Positions 8,033 to 18,007 of a stretch of 30,522 nt of DNA are shown piece after piece; position 1 is the stretch's first letter, and each line of letters begins with the position of its first letter. Under the pieces are notes generated by a model. That model was not told the DNA's origin. It searched no databases and saw only the letters and a list, made by a program, of their open reading frames with translations. Both the position numbers and the translations under genes were made by a program. This stretch comes from a virus (taxonomy: Duplodnaviria > Caudoviricetes): IMG/VR virus record IMGVR_UViG_3300033518_000149, positions 1 through 30,522 of that record. One strand, 5' to 3'.

Positions 8033-8970
8033 ATGAATCCTTTACATGTTTTTTGTTTTCCTCTACAACAATCTGAAATATTACTATTAGGGATGTTGAG
8101 TATATTTTGTATTTCAATAGTACTTTTCCATTCTCTTAGAAAATTATTTGATAAATCAAATTGGTGAACTATTTTTCTAGAAGAGTCATATTTATTTAAT
8201 ATAAAATCATCTTCAAGTGGTTGAGATTCATATCTCCATAGATAGCCTGAACTGGTGACGGTTTTACCTTTAAGGACGTCTTTTATACCTGTACTGTAAT
8301 AGGATTCAGCAGATCGAATAGATTCCCATGTTTTTATATAACTTCCATCCAAATTATATTGTATTATTGATTTTTGATTTCTGGTTTTATTCATATTAGA
8401 CATACTTATTTTATTTTTATGCTCATCAGTGAATTTAATACCTATTCTTGATTGTGATATTTTTCTTTTTGCACTATCACTCATAATATTTCCTCTATTC
8501 GAATTCCCTATTTTATCTTTAGTTTTTTGAGTATGTTTTTTCCCAAATCCAAAACCTTCAGGTTTTGGTTTTCTTAATTTATTTCTTGCTTCTTCACTAA
8601 AAGGGATTCCTTTTCTATAACTATTTCCTATTTTAGATAACCCGATTTTCTTTTTATGATCATCGGATAAAGGCCCTCCCCCACCATCATATATGTTACA
8701 AAATAAAACCATATTCCAATCTTGATTAAATATTGAAAGATAATGTTTCTTCCAATATACCTCTCTATCATTTAATAATTCTATAGAACATTCTTCTATA
8801 ATCTCACATATATGATTATCCCAACCATATTTTTTCATTGAGTTGTATATTTTGGGTTGTCTCTTTATTTGATTTATATTTTTATAATATTTAAATCTGT
8901 TATGTATATCCATTGATTGACCCACATATATCTTTCCAGTTGGTGATATTATTCTATATATTCCTGTCAT
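8014..8970 (-). CDS. GIY-YIG homing endonuclease with NUMOD3 and two NUMOD1-like modules
   Basis: MTGIYRIISPTGKIYVGQS; ends GFIWKYKN, overlapping the start of the clamp-loader subunit gene by 19 nt. Confidence 0.85.
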   Translation of the reverse strand: MTGIYRIISPTGKIYVGQSMDIHNRFKYYKNINQIKRQPKIYNSMKKYGWDNHICEIIEECSIELLNDREVYWKKHYLSIFNQDWNMVLFCNIYDGGGGPLSDDHKKKIGLSKIGNSYRKGIPFSEEARNKLRKPKPEGFGFGKKHTQKTKDKIGNSNRGNIMSDSAKRKISQSRIGIKFTDEHKNKISMSNMNKTRNQKSIIQYNLDGSYIKTWESIRSAESYYSTGIKDVLKGKTVTSSGYLWRYESQPLEDDFILNKYDSSRKIVHQFDLSNNFLREWKSTIEIQNILNIPNSNISDCCRGKQKTCKGFIWKYKN

Positions 8971-9016
8971 ACGTTTTATTATACATATGACAGAAATATA
9001 GAGAGGTACATTTCTA
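8964..9016 (-). promoter_or_regulatory. Promoter-like motif with start-codon-sequestering hairpin
   Basis: CTGTCATATGT/ACGTATGACAG (11 bp, one G-U pair) covers the ATG. ATATGTATAAT is at 8978-8988. An overlapping upstream repeat is at 8991-9016. Confidence 0.6.
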
Positions 9017-9027
9017 TGAAAACTTAA

Positions 9028-9267
9028 TTAAAGTGAAATATCAGCATATTCATCACGTAACTCTGGTGGGAGAGAATCTTTTATAATCTTGTGACTATAT
9101 AAATCATAGAATACGGGGATTGGAATTAGAGCGTCCTCGTTTGCTCCAATAATAAATTTAGAGATTTTACGTAGAACAAATGCTTGTCCGAATAATTTAC
9201 CTCCGTTAAAACCTTCAACAGCTGTGGTGGTTGAAAAGTCGATGTTCATTTCTGGTTGTTTTTGCAT
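9028..9267 (-). CDS. Hypothetical protein between clamp-loader subunits
   Basis: 79-aa ORF with A-rich AAGTTATATG start context; no family recognised. Confidence 0.6.
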   Translation of the reverse strand: MQKQPEMNIDFSTTTAVEGFNGGKLFGQAFVLRKISKFIIGANEDALIPIPVFYDLYSHKIIKDSLPPELRDEYADISL

Positions 9268-9298
9268 ATAACTTATTTATTTATTTTTTCTTTTTAGA

Positions 9299-10219
9299 TT
9301 AAATAATCTCTAATAGCTTAGCAATACATGCTGAAAAGCATATTTCCTTGTCTATTACTGATATGCTTTGGAATATACTTTCGTTTATTGTAATTGTAGC
9401 TATACCTTCTGATTGGGGAGCGTATTTTGCTGTTTCATCGTATAATTTCTTATACATACTGTCAAAATCTGTTATATCTCCATCTGCAATCAATTGTCTA
9501 ATAATTGAGAATGATTTTTCTGTTTTTTTAGCTAGCTCATTTATAATTTGGTTTTCAATATCAACACTGTTAGTTAACATTTTAGGTAACACAAATTTAT
9601 CCTCTATAATATATTTTTGAACGTTATTTATTGTTCTACGAATATCGGGATAGTATGTGTGTATTACTTGGGCTACATCTTTAATATCAAATTCAACACC
9701 CTCTGCTCTCAATATTGTATCTAGGTGTTTTGCAACTGATTTTTTACTTGGTGGTTTTAGATTATAATCCTCTAAGCGCGAACGAAGTGGCTCAATTAAA
9801 CGCTCGGGATAGTTTCCAGTTAATATAAAACGTGTATTTAGAGAATATGTCTCTATCATATTCAATAGCAATACTTGAGATGCCTGTAAAATATGTGTTG
9901 CCTCGTCCAATATTACAATTTTGGGGGCACTTTTAAAAGACATAACGGAAACAAACGGAAGTATCTCGTTTCGAATATCATCCATACCACGTTTATCAGT
10001 CGCATTTAAGTAAATGTAATCGCAGTCTATATTATTGGCTAGTATTTTAGCTAGAGTTGATTTGCCGGATCCTGCTTTTCCATAGAAAAATAAGTGTGGG
10101 ATGTTTTGTTCCTCGATCCATGATTGGATCTTTTCTTTAAATTGTTCATCACATACATAACCTTCAAGAGTTGATGGCCTGTGCTTCTCATTTAATATAT
10201 AATGTTCTTTTTTTTGCAT
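9299..10219 (-). CDS. Clamp loader AAA+ subunit (RFC small subunit / T4 gp44-like)
   Basis: EKHRP, Walker A GKAGSGKST, LNATD.RG, Walker B IVILDEA, PLRSR, DIRRTIN. Probable start at ATG 10219. Confidence 0.92.
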   Translation of the reverse strand: MQKKEHYILNEKHRPSTLEGYVCDEQFKEKIQSWIEEQNIPHLFFYGKAGSGKSTLAKILANNIDCDYIYLNATDKRGMDDIRNEILPFVSVMSFKSAPKIVILDEATHILQASQVLLLNMIETYSLNTRFILTGNYPERLIEPLRSRLEDYNLKPPSKKSVAKHLDTILRAEGVEFDIKDVAQVIHTYYPDIRRTINNVQKYIIEDKFVLPKMLTNSVDIENQIINELAKKTEKSFSIIRQLIADGDITDFDSMYKKLYDETAKYAPQSEGIATITINESIFQSISVIDKEICFSACIAKLLEII

Positions 10220-10225
10220 AACTTT

Positions 10226-10260
10226 AATATACAAAAAAAGCTTGCGATAAGCAAGCCTTT
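10226..10260 (-). terminator. Terminator hairpin overlapping a CTTG-N20-TATATT promoter-like motif
   Basis: AAAGGCTTGC-TTATC-GCAAGCTTTTTTT-GTATATT; near copy at 15145-15180. Confidence 0.7.
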
Positions 10261-10274
10261 TAAGTTAAATTTTT

Positions 10275-10786
10275 TTATTTTTTAATAAGTAAAACCCCAT
10301 TTCTCCTTGATTCCGGGTAATAATCAGGAATATAGGATAATATATTTTTTATATAGACATCATATAATGATGATTTTTGGGTTTTATTTTGATCTTTTTC
10401 CGTTGCTAAAACATAAAGAGCATCGGGTGTTGAATTATATATAAAATTTTTAATTATATCCACTACTGTTGATATTATTTGTAAGAGTAATTTTATATTG
10501 GTTTTAGCAAATTGTGTATCTGTTCCTCCAATAACATAACCAACATTCCAAGTGTTTTTTGAATCCCATAATTTATTTGGGAGATAATATTGCTTTATTT
10601 CTTGATTAACCCATAGGGGATCAAATATAACTTCAACCGTTTCATTAAATTATTAATAGTTATTTCAAATTCATAATGTTCCTCATATATTTTTTTCCAT
10701 TTTAGAGGAGAGATATTTGACTCCCCAATCTCTTTTACTAATATTTCATTTAAAATAGGAAACAGTAAAGTTGAAAATTTACTCAT
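10275..10786 (-). pseudogene. Frameshifted gene of about 170 aa, paralog of 23360..23842
   Basis: ORFs 10595..10786 and 10275..10463 join if one base is added in the T run near 10647-10649. The joined protein shares EIG and KT.IK....IISTVV..I..FI....P..LY..A.EK with 23360..23842. Confidence 0.65.
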
Positions 10787-10787
10787 A

Positions 10788-11756
10788 TCATTTTATAATA
10801 CCGGCTCTAACTAGCATTGATCTCATTTCATAATCTGTTGATTCTTTTAATTTCATTTTAAAATCAATTGCTATGGGTTGAATTGCTGCTCTTTGAGATG
10901 CTGTTATACCTGTTACCACCAATTTATATTTTCTACCTTCAGGAGATTCAATTGGGGTAATTTCATATTTTGCATTAGGAACTTCTCCAAGTTTTGCTTG
11001 TAGTTGTTTTCTAAGTTTATCTGCTTGGTCTGCTGAGTTAACAGTAGTTGAAAGTGGTGGTACATCTACTGTTTTTGGTTTTTCAATTGATGGTTTTGAT
11101 ATGTCTTCTGATGGTTCCAATTTCATTATAGAATAATCTATATTTGCATTCCCCATTATGGTTTTTAATACTTTTTCAAGATATGCTTTTGTATTATATG
11201 GGTTATCCATTGTAGATGGAAAAATAATTTTATTATCCTCTACCTTATAATTTATATCTTGTTCTAATCTACCTGCGTATTTTTTTAAATTTGCAGGAGT
11301 TTTCATTGGGAAATAATTTTTACCATATTTTCCATAAAATGATAATGGTAAAGATTTTCCGGGTAATGATTTTAAATATTCCTCAAATGTGCCTTCGTTA
11401 TCATCTGCTAGCCAAGATTCATATGCTTCTGTAGACTTTTCTTCAGTTTCATTCCATGCTTCGGGTTCGCGTTTTTTAATATCTATGATTTTGAAATTCT
11501 TTTCCTCGTCCGAACGTGAATCCCAATCTTTCCAAGCAGCACCTGCTTTTTGAGCTGGTATTGAAGGTCCAAATGCTTTAATGATTGCTTTCGGATCGCG
11601 CATGTTTTGTGCGTATATTCCGTAGTTTTCAATATCGTTCAACGCTTTGATAGCATTCTCAATAGAATCGGATTGGATAGCAACATCGTACGCTACTTTC
11701 ATTCCTTTTTTACCGTCTTCGTCTTCTACTTCGCGTAGTATATCTATTAAATTCAT
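10788..11756 (-). CDS. Hypothetical protein, possible internal head protein
   Basis: Starts MNLIDILRE and ends LKE...MLVRAGIIK; preceded by ATATGTATAAATA. Confidence 0.45.
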   Translation of the reverse strand: MNLIDILREVEDEDGKKGMKVAYDVAIQSDSIENAIKALNDIENYGIYAQNMRDPKAIIKAFGPSIPAQKAGAAWKDWDSRSDEEKNFKIIDIKKREPEAWNETEEKSTEAYESWLADDNEGTFEEYLKSLPGKSLPLSFYGKYGKNYFPMKTPANLKKYAGRLEQDINYKVEDNKIIFPSTMDNPYNTKAYLEKVLKTIMGNANIDYSIMKLEPSEDISKPSIEKPKTVDVPPLSTTVNSADQADKLRKQLQAKLGEVPNAKYEITPIESPEGRKYKLVVTGITASQRAAIQPIAIDFKMKLKESTDYEMRSMLVRAGIIK

Positions 11757-11782
11757 TTAAAGTATTTATTTATTTATACATA

Positions 11783-12018
11783 TTATCTATCTCCGTAAAT
11801 GTTGAAGCGTTTAGTTGGTGAAGGTTTTGTTAATTTTATAGCGAATAATTTACTATTTAAAGGCTCTAATCTAAAATTACATTTATCTCCTGTGTTTTGA
11901 AAATACGCCTCTAAAACATTAGTTAGGGATGAGTGTTTTGTCTCATCCCCAATTAATATCCAAGAATCTTCTTCACCAGCAACCCTGGTAGCTATTAATT
12001 CATTGTGTTCATTTTCCA

Positions 12019-12019
<1 letters not shown>
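11783..12019 (-). CDS. Hypothetical protein coupled to groEL
   Basis: 78-aa ORF whose start overlaps the groEL stop (TAATG). Confidence 0.6.
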
Positions 12020-13665
<1,646 letters not shown>

Positions 13666-13971
13666 TTAAATTGATTTTACTCCCGTTAATACTTGTTTTT
13701 CTGATCCAACCCAATAATCATCTCCATTGTGTTCGAATTTTGTGAAACCCATTGTAGGTAAAATCACTTGTTCTCCAACTTTAATAGATGTTGGGATAAA
13801 TTCACCAGTAACTGTATGCGCTCCAGGCCCAACAGCTACTATAGTTCCATGAACATTCTTATCTTTTCCCATGTCCGGGACAATAATAGAACCATATTGG
13901 GTTTCCTCAATTTCTAAAGGTTTTACAATAACCGCATCAAAATACGGTACTAATTCTGATTGTTTTTCCAT
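13666..13971 (-). CDS. groES: Co-chaperonin GroES
   Basis: P..D.VIV, GSIIVPD mobile loop, GTIVAVGPG, IKVGE; directly upstream of groEL. Confidence 0.93.
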   Translation of the reverse strand: MEKQSELVPYFDAVIVKPLEIEETQYGSIIVPDMGKDKNVHGTIVAVGPGAHTVTGEFIPTSIKVGEQVILPTMGFTKFEHNGDDYWVGSEKQVLTGVKSI

Positions 13972-13974
13972 TTG

Positions 13975-14331
13975 TTATATTTCGATTGATTTTAATAAAC
14001 TATTTAATCCATTTTTAACGGCATTCCAAGTTGAGATATATTCTTGGATAGAAGAATAATCTGATTTATTTTGGTAGAATTTTTCTTTTGCGATGCGATT
14101 TATAGCATTTGTGAAACTAGTATAATGTCCTACTACTTTTTCTTGTTCTTTACCAGATGCTTTTATATTACCAAATCCACGAGTGGTTGTGGATTTTTCC
14201 ATTACTGTAAAGTTAGATGAGTCTTTTATAATAAAGAACGGCTCAATGGCCTTGTCTCTAATTGTACATAAATTGGATTGTGTGTCATTCTCGTCTCTAG
14301 CGGGACGACCGCGTCGTTTTACTTCTTCCAT
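13975..14331 (-). CDS. Hypothetical protein with N-terminal AT-hook-like motif
   Basis: KRRGRPAR at the N-terminus; 118 aa. Confidence 0.55.
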   Translation of the reverse strand: MEEVKRRGRPARDENDTQSNLCTIRDKAIEPFFIIKDSSNFTVMEKSTTTRGFGNIKASGKEQEKVVGHYTSFTNAINRIAKEKFYQNKSDYSSIQEYISTWNAVKNGLNSLLKSIEI

Positions 14332-14354
14332 AACATTTTTTAATTTATAACTGT

Positions 14355-14401
14355 AATATACGAAAACTATTTTATGTAACCTAATTTCTTATTATAAATA
14401 T
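14355..14401 (-). promoter_or_regulatory. Tandem promoter-like motifs upstream of the groES/groEL block
   Basis: ATATTTATAAT at 14391-14401 followed by TTAG-N20-TATATT at 14355-14384. Confidence 0.5.
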
Positions 14402-14403
14402 TA

Positions 14404-15138
14404 TTAGAAGCTGTCTTCTGCTTTTCTTATTATATAATATTCGCTATTTGTATCATCATTTTCAAATACTAGTTTCATTATACCATCATTATTTAAATAC
14501 ATTGTACCTGTTTTCAGGTCTTTATTTGAATTTAAAATATTTCTGAAATGAGTAGAATTGAATGGTATTTTAATTTGGTTGTTTTTAATTTCACCATACA
14601 ATTGGTAGGTGATCTTATTATTGTGTCCTTTTTCGTCTCCAAATGTAAATTTACATATCATATCGTTATTTAGATCCAATTCAGTTGAGACAACCATGTT
14701 GTCTACATCAGCAAGTGCAGATTTCGCTTTAACTAAATTATCTACATCTTCCTTTACCATAGGTAAAATAGCATCCCATTCGGGCTCATTTACTGTACCT
14801 ACTTTACCAATCAAAAGTGGATCAGCTAAAGCGTATGTTAAATTAAAATATGGATCTGATATGTTTAGTTTAATGGTTGAGCCTTTATATTGTTCTGTTT
14901 CTAGAAGTAAATCACCTGAGGTGATACTCAATAGATTGGATAATTTTTTGGTATCAAATACGGATAATGTACTGTCCGCTAATTTAAAATTGCGGCACGT
15001 AATATTTCCCATAACTTCACGATTGATAGTCATAAAGTCAATACGTAGTGTATTATCTTTGATTACCCAATTAACGGATTCGTTTTCTCCCAAATAGTAT
15101 TTTGAGATAATTGATTGAATTAATAACTTGTTTATCAT
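14404..15138 (-). CDS. DNA sliding clamp (gp45/PCNA-like)
   Basis: About 245 aa with a two-domain beta/alpha pattern, located between the polymerase and clamp loader. The call rests largely on size and context. Confidence 0.65.
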   Translation of the reverse strand: MINKLLIQSIISKYYLGENESVNWVIKDNTLRIDFMTINREVMGNITCRNFKLADSTLSVFDTKKLSNLLSITSGDLLLETEQYKGSTIKLNISDPYFNLTYALADPLLIGKVGTVNEPEWDAILPMVKEDVDNLVKAKSALADVDNMVVSTELDLNNDMICKFTFGDEKGHNNKITYQLYGEIKNNQIKIPFNSTHFRNILNSNKDLKTGTMYLNNDGIMKLVFENDDTNSEYYIIRKAEDSF

Positions 15139-15144
15139 AACTTT

Positions 15145-15180
15145 AATATACAAAAAAGCCTGCGGTTAGGCAAGCTTTTC
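15145..15180 (-). terminator. Terminator hairpin overlapping a CTTG-N20-TATATT promoter-like motif
   Basis: AAAAGCTTGC-CTAACC-GCAGGCTTTTTT-GTATATT, followed by AAAGTTATG as at 10226. Confidence 0.7.
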
Positions 15181-15198
15181 TTTAAGAATTTTAAAAAT

Positions 15199-15486
15199 TT
15201 AATAATCTAATTCAATTGAATCCTTACTAATATCAACATCATAATTCATATTATTTAATTTTTGAATAAGATCTAAAGTAACATCAATTTCAGTTTCATT
15301 AAAATAATACTCGTCGAATTGTTTTCTTTGTGTGAATGAAGATTCAATATTAGGGATTAATTCACTAAGTTCTCTAACGATGGATCCTTCAAGTAAACCA
15401 TTAATTACTAAAATTCTCTTCATCCCTCCTTCAGCTTCATTTAACTTATTTTCAGCTAAATATTGTTTTAAATCAAAGTTATCCAT
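15199..15486 (-). CDS. Small acidic protein, possible internal head protein
   Basis: Starts MDNFDLKQYLAENKLNE (L-x-E motifs); preceded by ATATGTATAA at 15505-15514. Confidence 0.45.
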   Translation of the reverse strand: MDNFDLKQYLAENKLNEAEGGMKRILVINGLLEGSIVRELSELIPNIESSFTQRKQFDEYYFNETEIDVTLDLIQKLNNMNYDVDISKDSIELDY

Positions 15487-15525
15487 TTTGTTTTATTTTA
15501 TTTGTTATACATATTATAATACCAT

Positions 15526-16233
15526 TTATTCTTTATATTCCCAAATAAAACCTCCAGCTAATTTTTGTTTTCCTGAAAGGCACCCAGCTATATCTCCAGG
15601 TCCTAACTATTTTTTAGCTTCTGTTCTACTAGACTATTCTTTTATAAAATTATAGGATTGGTCAAATTGAAGGATTGGTTTTTTATTTCTAGATATCCCT
15701 TTACTTCCTTTACTTATATTTTGTTTGTGTTGTTCTGTTTTAGGTACGTCTTTTAATTTTTCCCCTACTGTTGGTTTTGATATACCTTTAGTAGAATTAC
15801 TTATTTTTTGATTTCTTTCTTTACTTTTAATTTTATCTCCAAAATCTAAAGGTCGTTTTACTCCTTTAGGATAACCTTTTGTACCCATCTTTCTATCAGA
15901 TATTTTCTTTTTAGTTTCTTCAGATAAAGGACCACCCCCAGTATCATATAAATTACAAAATAAAACTTGTTTCCAATCTCCCCCCACTTGATCAAGATAA
16001 TATTGTTTCCAATATGTTTCTCTTTCATTTAATTGTTCTATAGAGCATTCTTCTATGACTTCAAATATATGTTGTTCAAATCCATACTTCTTAAATGAGT
16101 TTGTTAAAATTGGACCTATACTATTTTTATATGAATTGAAATAAAAATATACTCTTTTTCTTGATTCTATATTAACACTTTGTCCAATATATGTTTTTCC
16201 TTTAGGGTTTGCTATTTTATATATTCCTACCAT
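15526..16233 (-). pseudogene. GIY-YIG homing endonuclease with two in-frame TAG codons in the C-terminal NUMOD1-like module
   Basis: MVGIYKIANPKGKTYIGQS; the frame continues FIKE*SSRTEAKK*LGPGDIAGCLSGKQKLAGGFIWEYKE* to TAA at 15526. Close paralog of 4487..5293. Confidence 0.75.
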
Positions 16234-16266
16234 ACTTTATATTTCCTATAAATATTAAGGGGGCTG

Positions 16267-17145
16267 TCAAAAATTATAGAATTTATTTAAATATGGGTTT
16301 AGATTTAATTGCCAGCTTAGATCATTATATAAATTCTCTAATTTATTTCGCATTACACCATCAAATAAACCTTCTCTATCGATATATTTGTTTACTATCT
16401 CTATTATTTCTGGGGCGTCATTATATCCATTTAGTCCTATAACATCTATCTTGTATGGGTTAGGTTTTAAGTAAGCAATATACATTTTATCTCCAATAGT
16501 GAATTCGGGGTATTTTTTAGTTAAATTTTTAAATTTTAAGATATCATTTGTTATGATAGCTGCTTTAGTATTGATTGGGCATTTTTTCTTCAATTTGGAA
16601 AACAATTCACCAGCCATTGGTTTGCGTTCTGTATATTCAGCTATTTTCTTTAGTCCAGTTGGTTTAAGCAAATCTATCCAATCTACTGTTGCAATTGATT
16701 TTTTAAAGTCCATTACAAATTCATCAATTTCTGCTTTTGGTTTGGAGAATAGAATATTTTCTATCAACTGCTTTCCAAAGTTTCTAAAGTATGGAGGGAA
16801 ATTGGATTTCATAATATCCAATCCTTTCATATCTAGTTCCTCAATGGATATACCTTCTTTATTTACAATATACATTGCATATCTACGCTTACCCGACCAA
16901 TATGCTTTCTCAGCTATAACTTCTTGTTTAAGTTCAAAGTGGTGTTCTGATTGTATGTTGAAAAATTCTTTCGATATAGCTGTGAGATCATAATTTGCTC
17001 TTTCTTGGATTTTGTCTGTAAATTTTAAAAGTATTTTTATTCTTTCTTCTCGAGGTATAGAATCAATATTAGGGTATATCTTTTCAAGAAGTTTTGTAAG
17101 TGTGAAGTATGCGCTATCAGTATCAGACGCGATAACATGTTTCAT
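16267..17145 (-). CDS. Family B DNA polymerase, C-terminal part (motif C palm and thumb)
   Basis: Starts MKHVIASDTDS; FELKQE, KRRYA, KGLD..KS. The ATG overlaps the HNH stop (ATGA). Confidence 0.92.
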   Translation of the reverse strand: MKHVIASDTDSAYFTLTKLLEKIYPNIDSIPREERIKILLKFTDKIQERANYDLTAISKEFFNIQSEHHFELKQEVIAEKAYWSGKRRYAMYIVNKEGISIEELDMKGLDIMKSNFPPYFRNFGKQLIENILFSKPKAEIDEFVMDFKKSIATVDWIDLLKPTGLKKIAEYTERKPMAGELFSKLKKKCPINTKAAIITNDILKFKNLTKKYPEFTIGDKMYIAYLKPNPYKIDVIGLNGYNDAPEIIEIVNKYIDREGLFDGVMRNKLENLYNDLSWQLNLNPYLNKFYNF

Positions 17146-17963
17146 ATGGTAAATTTTGGTTTATTTCTATTTCCTATACGATCAATATACCCAAAAGATT
17201 TGGCTATATCACTGGTTTTGAAGAGAGGTTGCATGTTTGTGTAGTGGAAACATTTCTTTTGTTCTTTTAAATCCTCTAGATTAAAATTAACACATCCTAT
17301 AATATGATCTATCTCCCAAATACATCCATGATTTTCCCAATTCATTTCCGGAGTGAATTGTTTCTCTAAGTATAGTTTAAATTCCTTAATAGAACAATCT
17401 AAAATTTCGATAGAGGATTCATTTTTCCATTCATTTTTAATAGCACTATGCAGTCTATTTCTTAATAAAGTAAGTATTTTAAATTGCGGTTCTGTATGGT
17501 AACGTTCTAATTTTCTTTTTTGAAATTTTTCTTTGTGTTTTTCTTGATATTCTTGGTGTTTTTTCTTATTTGATGGTTTGGAATATCTATCTGAGTTTTT
17601 ATTATATTCTTTCACACAAGGAATGCATTTATTTTGATAACCATGAACTGCTTTTTTGTCGGGATAAAATTCTGTTTTTTGTTTAATCTCCAAACATGTG
17701 TTGCATTTTTTTAGATCTTTATATTTTTCTTTTAAATATTCCCATTTTGGAGCATATTGTTCCTTTAATATTTCAAAGGTACCATTCCTTTTACATCTCA
17801 TATAATCTGCCCAACAGGATTTACAATAAGATGTTTTAGAGGATAATTCATGTGGTTCTTTCTCTTCAACACACAACACACATCTTTTTCTTTCCCCATC
17901 TTCAGAATACTTTATAAGATCAATGTTATGTGTATATGTTTTTCTATTTTGTGTTTTGTTCAT
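17142..17963 (-). CDS. HNH homing endonuclease inserted in the DNA polymerase gene
   Basis: Four CxxC pairs and WEIDHIIGC...FHYTNMQPL...GNRNK. Probable start at ATG 17963, after the promoter motif. Confidence 0.8.
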   Translation of the reverse strand: MNKTQNRKTYTHNIDLIKYSEDGERKRCVLCVEEKEPHELSSKTSYCKSCWADYMRCKRNGTFEILKEQYAPKWEYLKEKYKDLKKCNTCLEIKQKTEFYPDKKAVHGYQNKCIPCVKEYNKNSDRYSKPSNKKKHQEYQEKHKEKFQKRKLERYHTEPQFKILTLLRNRLHSAIKNEWKNESSIEILDCSIKEFKLYLEKQFTPEMNWENHGCIWEIDHIIGCVNFNLEDLKEQKKCFHYTNMQPLFKTSDIAKSFGYIDRIGNRNKPKFTI

Positions 17964-17994
17964 ATCTATTATTTTATTATACATATACACAAAA
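17954..17994 (-). promoter_or_regulatory. Promoter-like motif with start-codon-sequestering hairpin
   Basis: TTTTGTGTATAT/ATATGAACAAAA pairs at 11 of 12 positions and covers the ATG. ATATGTATAAT is at 17976-17986. Confidence 0.55.
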
Positions 17995-18007
17995 TCAGTC
18001 TCCTTTA

